A DNA stretch of 64,000 nucleotides from the human T2T-CHM13v2.0 reference genome, Homo sapiens, in the NCBI RefSeq assembly GCF_009914755.1, contig NC_060927.1; one strand, 5' to 3'. Made by a program: the position numbers and the translations under genes. The notes under the pieces are model-generated. The model ran no database searches. It saw only the letters and a list, made by a program, of their open reading frames with translations, and had not been told where the DNA came from. Shown here piece by piece: positions 51,600 to 64,000 of the stretch. Each line of letters opens with the position of its first letter. Position 1 is the first letter of the stretch.

Positions 51600-52600
51600 C
51601 CGTATAATATTAATGCAAGAAAATGTGTTGGGGGAGGGGCAGCAACCAAATTCCACACTAGAAAAATAACACATACAAGAAAACCCAGACCTAGAAGCAC
51701 ATAAAGATTTTAGCCAAATATTCCAACATTAATACAAAAATACTAACGATTAAATCACAACTTTTTATGAAAAGCAATAGAAACTCAGGGGAAAATGGCC
51801 AATTAATAGAAGGATCAATAAGAAGAAGGGAAACTGTACAGTAAGGCACATAGAGTACTGAAATAAGAAAAAAAAAGTTAAGAAAACCAAATTAAAATAA
51901 TCAGTGAACAGTTAGTGACAGAAAATACAGGAGCCAAGACACAGTTTATGTAAAGTTGAGTTTTGAAGGAGAAAATCAAAGCAAGGGAACAGAAATGCAC
52001 TAAAACATATTCTTGTAGAGCTATTGGATTTATAAGGAAACAATCTGTTTGGTTTCTAGGTGAAAAAGATAACATCACTTATAAAGGAAAGAAATTCAGA
52101 TAGTCAGATTAAAAATGAAAGGCCAAATAATCAGTCTGGCTGCAATGTTCATTTCAGGAAGACAATAGATCAACATCTACAAAAGGACTTATGGGAGGGA
52201 AAAGTGACACAAGGATCTTATACTCAACAAATTTGTCTTCCAAGTATAAAGAATACCGACAAAACAGTATTCAATATGGAATAGCAACATACATTTTACA
52301 TATGAAGTCTTTTTGAAGAAAAACTACAGTAAACTATGGACTAACTGGAAAATCCCTGGGAAAAACACTACAGTGAGAATTTCTCATTGTATAATGGAAG
52401 AACCAATATAAAAATCAAGGTAGGAATAAGAATAATAGGATGGGGCATAAATGTTATGTATCTTACAATGTTAAAAGGAATTAAGTGAAAATAATAAAAA
52501 GAGAAATAAATTTGGATATTGAAATAATCTTTATTGCCCCATAGGCAATAGCTTGAAATCAAAGGGCATCTTTTAAAATGACTAATTCACTGACAAAAGT
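51600..52600 (+). mobile_element. Very old L1ME/HAL1-like ORF1 relic
   Basis: A-rich; atcagtctggc...gaagacaatagatcaacatctacaaa...tcttatactcaacaaatttgtcttc. Confidence 0.45.
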
Positions 52601-53272
52601 ATACAGATGTCATACAAACACAAGAAAGATAATACTAAAGTTTTTTTACAAAGATAAGCACTAAAAAGCACTTTTCAAAATACCAGAAGACCCACATAAA
52701 ATCAAAGAAAAAAATACTACACAAAACAATATAGATATATATCTCCACACATACACACTTAAGCACAAATATATACAAAATCTGTTGTAGTATATCACAT
52801 TAGTCAAGAAAAAGGAGGATAGAGAAGAAGGAAGATAAAAGAAAAGAAGAGGAGGGAGAAACAGCTCCATAAATATAATTTGGCCTGGGCTTTGATGAAT
52901 AGTAGGAAACAGTTCAACATTGCATTCATTTTCCAAGACTTGCAGGGCAAGTTTTATTTGTTGCAGTTACAGTTAAATGCATGCCCAGGTAAATGCAGTA
53001 TCTGATGCAAAATTATTAGATATAAGTGAATACTGTAGGCTATAAACCAATGATGAGTTTGAGGAATTAAAAATATTTTACCTTAACATAGTCTCTCTGG
53101 AATTAATTGTTTAATAATTGCTTTATCATTATCAAAAAGAAGAAAAGTTTGGTTGGGAAGAGGCAGGGAGTACAGTTCGTTTATACAATTATTAAAACAG
53201 AAAGTGAGGGACAGGAAAGTGTGGAGGTGTATTTCTATTTTTAACACTTAACATATATGATTGCACAGTCTA

Positions 53273-53661
53273 AGTATTATTCTGTTTTCACACTGCTATA
53301 AAGAACTACCTGACACCGGGTAATTTATGAAGAAAAGAGGTTTAATTGACTCACGGTTCTGCACGATTAACAGGAAGCAGGACTGGGAGGCCTTTGGAAA
53401 CTTACAATTATGGCAGAAGGTGAAGGGGGAGCAAGCATCTTCTTCACATGGTGGCAGGGGAGAGAGAGGGGGAGACGAGCGGGGAGGTGCCACACACTTT
53501 TAAACCATTAGATCCTGTGAGAACTCAGTCACTATCACGAGAACAACATGGGGAAAATCCGCCCTCATGATTCAATCACCTCCCACCAAGTCCCTCCCCC
53601 AACATTGGGAATTACAATTCAACATGAGATTTGGGTGGGGACACAGAGTTAAACCACATCA
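53273..53661 (-). mobile_element. MSTA/THE1D MaLR solo LTR
   Basis: cacactgctataaagaactacctga...gagatttgggtggggacacagag...aaaccacatca. Confidence 0.88.
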
Positions 53662-55419
53662 TTCTATAAGCTGTTTGGTAGTTTAAAATAAACTAGAATA
53701 TTAACTGTTCTGTAAAGGCTGAATTTTTTTTCTTTGTTTGCGTGTTTTATTTATAGTTCATTACTTTACCCTAGTGCCTAACACTGTACCTAATATACGG
53801 GGGTGCTCATTAATAGTTGCTGAACAAAAGATTATTTTGGAGAAGCACATGGATAGCTCTTTTCTCGTCTTGTTTCCAGAGCAAATGGGGGAGAAACTTA
53901 GGTTAAAAACAGTTTACTTGTTATTAATAGTTTTGCCCATTAAATGGAAACACAGGCAGCTGTGAAATCAAGGTAGATAAGCATTTCACAAAATAATAAC
54001 ACATGTAGCCATAAATACATGAAAAATTATAACTACTGCTTATAAAGATGGTAAAAATTAATAGGATAATGAGTAATATTTTGCCTAAAATATTGGAATG
54101 AAAATAGCTGCTATTGTATACAACAAATTATTGTTTATAATAGCCAAATGTTGGAGAAGTATTCATACCTTTCATAATTTTAATACATTTGATATCTATT
54201 GCCAAGTTGCCTAATTATTTGTACTCCTACAAGCAGTAAGTGAAAGTGCCTGCCTCCTCACGGCATTCCCGGGCAACTGTTAATTGTGGATTTTCTTAAA
54301 CTGCTTTCAGCTTACATAGTTAAGCAAATGATATCTGTTTATCAATTTATTAAAAGCAAGTCTCAGGCTCTGTTGCCTGCCTCAGTCTCAGTGCTCCTCA
54401 GCTGTCCCGGAAGTGGCTCTGATAGGGCTGGTCAGTGTGCCCTGAAAAGCTGTGGGAGGATGGCTGTCCCCACCTAGATTTCAAAGGAATGCTGGGTAAA
54501 CTGCAGGCCCAAGCAGAGAATCTCTGTGATTTTATGGCACCTCCTCAGAGTGGAGAAGGGAGGCGAGTCAATCTAGAGTGAGCAAGTGAGGAATATTTAG
54601 AACATTACAAAACATCAGGTGATGTAATTTTTTCATATGTCTAAATGTGGCTCCTTTGGGTCCAGTGCATCATGAACTAAAATGATAAAGCATAAGCCTA
54701 CCACCTCTCCACTATCATACACAGAAAATACACAGTGGCAGATCACAGGCGGGATAACCACATTCAGAAACGCAAAATGGAGAAATACATCAGGTACTGG
54801 TCCACTGACATTCGGAAATTTCTGTTAGGAAGACAAAGTGAAGTTCCTCTATCTTCAAGGGAGCTCTACCAACTTCCCAGCAAAATTGGGGAATCTATAT
54901 ATAACAAACAAACGAAACTCAATAATTTAGAGTCTGTGGAATGGTTTGAAGGACATACAGCTAATGAAAAAAAAAACTTTAATCAGTAAGAAGAGCTGGC
55001 ATCTGTGGTATTTGAACCAATGTGGTTACCAGGTTATACAGGATGGCATGGTCTACCAGGAAAGAACTCTTCCCCAGTTATCCATAGCTTAAGCCCTGAT
55101 TTGGCCGCTTCAGAGGCCCTGCCTCTAAATCTATTTTTGTTGGTCCCTGGCTCCTCCCTGTGGAAAGTTCTCCCTATTTTATTAATCTTACCGGCCACAT
55201 CTGAAGGGGATATTGATGAATACGACCCTCTTTGTGGGCTACAGAGATATGTCAGCCTGTGTACAGCCTTTGAAGTATTACAAATCAACTGCTGTTTTAA
55301 GTTTGAAACAGTCACATACTTTTAGAGTAGATTTAATTAAGCTTTCATTGTCAATATGAACTTCTCAAAAAATAGTATATTCCTACTTTACTGGATTTAT
55401 TTATTTTATTTTTTAGTTC

Positions 55420-56670
55420 ATTTTGTGTTTTTTATTGAGGTGAGAACATTCAACATGAGATCTACTCTCTTCACACATTTTTAAGTGCATAATACATTAT
55501 TGCTTACTACAGGCATAATGTCCTACTGCAGATCTCTAGAACCTAGTCATCTTATGCAACGGAAATTTTAAACCCATTAAACAGTAACTCCCCATTTCTT
55601 CCTCTGCTCAGCCTGTGACAACCACCATTCTACTCTCTGCCTTTATCAGGCTGACTATTTTAGGTACTTCACATAAGTAGAATCATGCAGTATTTGTCCT
55701 GTGCAACTGGTTCATTTCACTTAGCATAATGTCCTCCAGGTTCATCCATATTGTTGAATACAACAGAATTTACTTTTTTTAGAGGCTCAAATAGCATTTC
55801 ATGTATATGTATGTATGTGTGTGTATATATATATTTACACACATATATACCACATTTATATACATATATATACCACATTTTATTTGTCTGTTCATTTATA
55901 AATTGACACTTCAATTGATTCTATATCTCATTGACTTATGCTCCAATGAGAGATCCAGATTTCAAAGACGTAAATCTTTTGGATGTATACCCAGAAGTGA
56001 AATTACTGGATCATATGTGAGTTCCATTTTTAATTTTGTGAGGAGACTCTACATTGTTTTTCATAGCAACTGTACCATTTTATATTCCCACCAACAATGC
56101 ACAAGGGTTCCAGTTTCTTCACATTCTGCCAATACTTGTTGTCTTTTATTTTTTTGATGATAACCATTCTAACAGATGTGTAGTGGTATCTCTGTTTTAG
56201 TCTGGCCACTATAACAAAATACTATAGACTGGACAGCATTTAAACAGCAGTCTTTTATTTCTCACAGGCCTGAAGACTGGGAAGTTCAAGATCAAGGGGC
56301 CAACAGATTCAGTGTCTGTCCAAGGTCTGCTTTCTCAGAAACAGGCTCACTCTAAATCTCAGATTGTAAAAGGGATGAGGGGTCTCCCCTGAACATCTTT
56401 TATAAGGGAATAATCCTACTTATGAGGTCTCTGCCCCATGACTTAATCACCACCCAAAGGCCCCACCTGGTAACGGCTTCACCTTAGGAGTAAGGATTTC
56501 TACATACAGATTCTAGAGGCTCATTGCCTATCTTATTGTGATTTTAATTTGCATTTCCTTGAGGATTCGTGAAGGTAAGCATCTTTTTATATATCTGTTG
56601 GTCATCTGTATGTCTTCTTTGGAGAAATATCTATTTAAATCATTTGTCCAATTTTTAATGGGATTAGAAA
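55420..56670 (-). mobile_element. L1MB/MA 3' end
   Basis: tgagaacattcaacatgagatctactctctt...cagatctctagaac 3' UTR; ORF2 end. Confidence 0.8.
56193..56528 (-). mobile_element. MLT1A/MST-type LTR inserted in the L1
   Basis: ataacaaaatactatagactgg...gggaagttcaagatcaagg; flanks tatctc/tatctt. Confidence 0.75.
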
Positions 56671-57499
56671 CTTAAATTAACACTCCTAGAAGAAAACATA
56701 AGAAAAACGTTACATGACAATGGTCTTGGTAATGAACCTTTATTGGATTTCTATTTGTTCTAGTAACTATAGTCACATTTTTACAGAGATTCTCCCAAAT
56801 ATTTATTTTTATTTTTGTGTTTTTATCCAAATGCCTTATTCTCTAAATATAATTGTGGTTACTTTGAGGCTATACATTTATAGTGAGTAGGGGACATTTT
56901 AATTTGATGAATATACAAGGATGCTGTATTAGATGAGAGGTTTCTCTGGTGAAAGTTCTTAATTTTATCTTTTCCCTAAAATAAATTTATCAAACTACAT
57001 TTTTACCAAATGTTGGATGTTCAAAGTAAAGTCCGTCTCTCATTATTTTCACTTCAAAAGCAAATGGCTTTACATTGGAAGGCCTTAGATTTCTGAAATC
57101 TTTCTAACCACTTTTATTTCTCCTTTCAAACTGGTAGTTAATTTGAAATTCATATCTCTCTTGTATTACTTTGCAAATTCCATGATAACAACCAACATAC
57201 CTTAAGGTTTTGGTTTCAATTTATTCCCGTAAAGCCATAAGCTTATTAGGCATATGATCTGCTTCCATACTTGTCTAGGTTAACAGTTTTAGTGAATATT
57301 CTAATACCAGATAACATAGATAGCAGTTTATTAATCTTTGGTTATTGCTTTCCTCATCACTTACTGCCCAGTCAGGAAAACAAAACCAAATATATTATTA
57401 AAATTTTTAAAAGAGGCATCCTACTTCTAGCACTAACGTTTGCATTAGACAAAATAGGCCAGTGTACATGACAGTTGCAAAAACGTTTATAAATATGTA

Positions 57500-60790
<3,291 letters not shown>

Positions 60791-60804
60791 CATATATCCA
60801 TACC

Positions 60805-62915
60805 TGTATTTATAAGTTACCCAGTCTTAAGTATTCTGTTATAGCAACATAAAATAGATTAACACAGAAAACTGGTACCAAGAAGTGCGATTGTTGCTGT
60901 ATAGATAAGTTAAAATGTGAAAGTAGCTTTGGAACTGAGTAACGGGCAGAAGTTTAAAAAGTTTGAAGGAGCAGGCTAGATAAAGCCTAGATTCTGGGAA
61001 AGACAAAAGATAAGAAGATTAGGGAAAATTTGGACTCCTTAGAGTTTGGTTAAATGTCTGAAACCAAAATGTGAATAATAAAGGCCATTCTAATGATGTC
61101 TCAGATGAAAATGAGGAGTGTATTATTTGGAAATGAAGTAAAAGTCATTCTTGTTATACAATTGCAAAGAACTTGGCTGCACTGGATTCACATCCTAGCG
61201 CTTTATGGAATGAGGAGCTTAAAAATGATTAATTAGGAATTCTGGCAGGAAAAAAATATAAGCAAAATATAGAAGGATCTGCATGGATACTTGCATCTAC
61301 TTCTACTGAGATTTGGGAAGACAGGAATAATTAGTTAGAATTTATAATAAAAAGGAAAGCAAAACAGATTTGGAAAACTCTCAGCCTGGCTATGTAGTAG
61401 AGAATGAAAGAGCATTTTCAGCAGAGGAATCCAAGCATGTGACCAAGTGACTGTTTGCTAAAGAGATTGATAGGGCTAGAAGGCAGCCAGAGGTTATTCG
61501 CAAGGACTCCAAAGGCATTTCAGAGATTTTCAAAGCTGCCCCTTTCCATCACAGTCTCAGAGGCCTATCAGGGAAGAACGATTTTGCAGGATGGTCCCAG
61601 AGTGCCTTCCAGAGTCTCACTGCCCAGGACTCCCTCATGACTATTCTCTGCACGCCAGTGGTGTGCTACTCAGTCATTCCAGCTGTGATTCCAGTTGCCC
61701 CACTTATGGCTCAACCTGCCTCTCCAAAAGGTGCAAGCAAGTAAACTTTGGAAACACTACATCATAGCTTAACTGGACCCAGATGCAGCTTATGCCACTG
61801 TTCCAGAGAGCTCAAGCAGTAAGACTTGGTGGTGTCCACATGGTACGAAATCTGCAAGTGTGCAGAATGAGAGAGCTAAGAATACATGGCAAAGATTTCA
61901 AAGGATGTATCAACCAGGGTGGAGCCCAGGAAGGGACTTGTTGCAGGATCAGAGCCCCACTAGAGCAATGCAGAGAAGAAATATGAGTTCAGAGCTGCTG
62001 CAGAGAGTCACAACCAAGGCAATGCCTAGCAGAGCCATGGGAGCAAGACTGCCACTGAGAATCTAGAACTGTACAGCTACTAGCATGCAACAGCTACAAG
62101 CAGCTACTAGCTAACTTATAAGAGCTTGCTGGACTAAGCCCAGCAAAGTCAAGTCACAGAGCTTGGACTGCCTAAGGCTTTTGGCATCTAACCCTTGAAC
62201 CAGTATCTCCAAGGAGCAGAACATGGAGTCAAAGAAGAATATTCTGGATCCTTGAGATTTAATCTTCTCCATCCTGTTGGGTTTTAGACTTACTTAGGAG
62301 CTCTTACTCCTCTATTAGTTCCTATTTTTCCTTTTTGGAATGGAAACGTGTACCCATGCCTGTCCCACCATTGCATTTTGGAAGCAGGTAACTTGTTTTC
62401 ATAGACTAGCAAATGAGAGTTTGGACTTTGAATTTTTGAGTTGGTGCTGAAATGACTTAATGACTTGTGGCTGTGTGGACAGAATGAATGTATTTGTATT
62501 AGAGAAGGATTTGAGTTTGGGAGGCCAGGCATGGAATGCTAACATTTGAATGTATATCCCTTCCAACAGTCATGTGGAAACTTAATCCCCATTGTAACAG
62601 TATTAAGAGTGTGGAAAATCCAGTTGTGGTATTTGAGAAGTGGAACCTTTGGGAGGTAATCATGACTAGGGGAGGTCATGAGGGTCGGTCATTAGGGGCT
62701 TTATAAAAGTGGATAGATCTGAGGTAGGGTGCTGAGTTCTATTTTCATGTGATGCCTTGCACTGCCTTGTAGTTCCTACAAGCAATAAGGCTCTGGCCAG
62801 ATGTGGCCCGTAGAACTTGGACTTCTCAGCCTCCATAACTGTAAGAAAAAAATTTTCTTTATAATTTACCCAGTCTAAGGTATTTTGTTATAGCAACAAA
62901 AACAGATTAAGATAA
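60805..62915 (+). mobile_element. MST-type MaLR provirus: truncated 5' LTR end, internal ~60865-62535, 3' LTR 62537-62915
   Basis: ttacccagtct...gtatt..gttatagcaaca at both 60817 and 62866; MaLR-int motifs between them. Confidence 0.8.
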
Positions 62916-63198
62916 CAATCTTCAAAAATAAGATAAAATAAAATTGAAACATTCACATTATCTGACTCTAAAAATTATTTATAAGCTATAGTATTCAAAA
63001 AAGTATGGTCATACCATAAGAATCGACTTGTAGATTTTTGGAATAGAATTGAGATTCCAGACACAAAACCGTTTGTCTATGGTCAAGTAATTTTGGACAA
63101 AAAAATGAAGAAATATATTTAAGTTCTGTAGTCTTTTAAAATTAACATGAATTTTGTTTTGTTTTTAAAGAACAATTTACCAAATATAAAAGTTTTTG

Positions 63199-63520
63199 GG
63201 GCCAGGTGCAATGGCTCACATCTGTAAACCCTGCACTTTTGGAAGCAGAGGCAGGAGGATTCCTTGAGGGCAGGATTCCTTGAGGGCAGAAGACCAGCCT
63301 GGACCCTGTTTTTACAAAAAACTTAAAAAAATTATCCCCACATGGTGACATGCACCTGTACTCCCAGCTACTCGGGAGGCTGAGGTGGAAGAATCCTTTG
63401 AAGCTAGGAGTTTGAGGCTGCAGTGGGCTATAACGATATCACTGCACTCAGCCTGGGCAACAGAGCAATATCCTGTCTCAAAAAATAAAATAATAAAAAA
63501 GTAAAATAAAATAAATAAAA
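63199..63520 (+). mobile_element. AluJ with an internal 16-bp tandem duplication
   Basis: Dimer with (taaaa)n tail. Confidence 0.85.
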
Positions 63521-64000
63521 GTTGGTTTTCAGATAATACATGTAAAATTCTGGACATTGAGGTATTTTAGTTTTCCAACTCTCATTCTCTACTTTAATCA
63601 AATTAACTCACTCAAAATGCAACATCTTTCAGTGGAAGCTATTTTGTATGCAGTCTTGTCTTCTCTATCACCTAAACATGTTGCCTCTCAAGAAAGCTCT
63701 CAGTAAAGAATATTTGAACTAGAATCTATTGATTAATGAAATAAAAATTGATTTGAGATTCTCAAGGTTTTCTAAAGAGACCTAGGAAGAAATCAGGCAT
63801 GTGATGTTAACAATGACAGTTTCTCAAAGCAGCATAGTAAGAGGGACCAGTTGCAAAAGAGGAGTAAAATGATAATTAAAGGAATAACATTCAGAAGCTA
63901 ATGATGAAACAAGAGAAACATATACTACATAATATCAGGGCGGTGTGTGGAGAGAAAACACTTAAAACTTTTCAAAAGTATGTATGCATTAGGGCCAATA

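Larger units (their letters stand above)
54600..57330 (-). mobile_element. Mosaic of old MLT1-internal-like sequence, interrupted by L1 pieces
   Basis: Weak similarity to recalled MaLR internal consensus on both sides of the L1MB. Confidence 0.35.

Overview
This is not a prokaryotic window. It is AT-rich, repeat-dense hominid genomic DNA (human or another great ape, since an SVA is present) and looks intergenic or deep intronic. No intact protein-coding gene, RNA gene or CRISPR array is supportable: the ORF track is almost entirely L1/Alu/LTR/SVA debris or simple-repeat translations. The window is a layered record of retrotransposition. It holds a full-length L1PA nested with a MER11D-like solo LTR inside an older L1M, which itself splits a MER34-like LTR. 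It also has a THE1 provirus damaged by an L1 insertion with target-site deletion, a twin-primed L1, a MER52 solo LTR, an ancient ERVL provirus split by a ~9 kb L1M, an SVA, about ten Alus, and MIR/L2/MaLR relics. The most unusual observations are: (1) a TSD-flanked, polyadenylated foreign segment (Alu arm plus L3/CR1-like DNA) retroposed into L1 ORF1, carrying an SVA and a full Alu that each have their own TSD; (2) a dense A>G cluster in that SVA, suggesting an ADAR-edited RNA template; (3) templated-insertion repair scars; (4) a pure (GAA)27 tract; (5) candidate small + strand exons in the repeat-poor islands. I found no evidence of a new enzymatic system. Subfamily names come from recalled consensus sequences, not from a database search.
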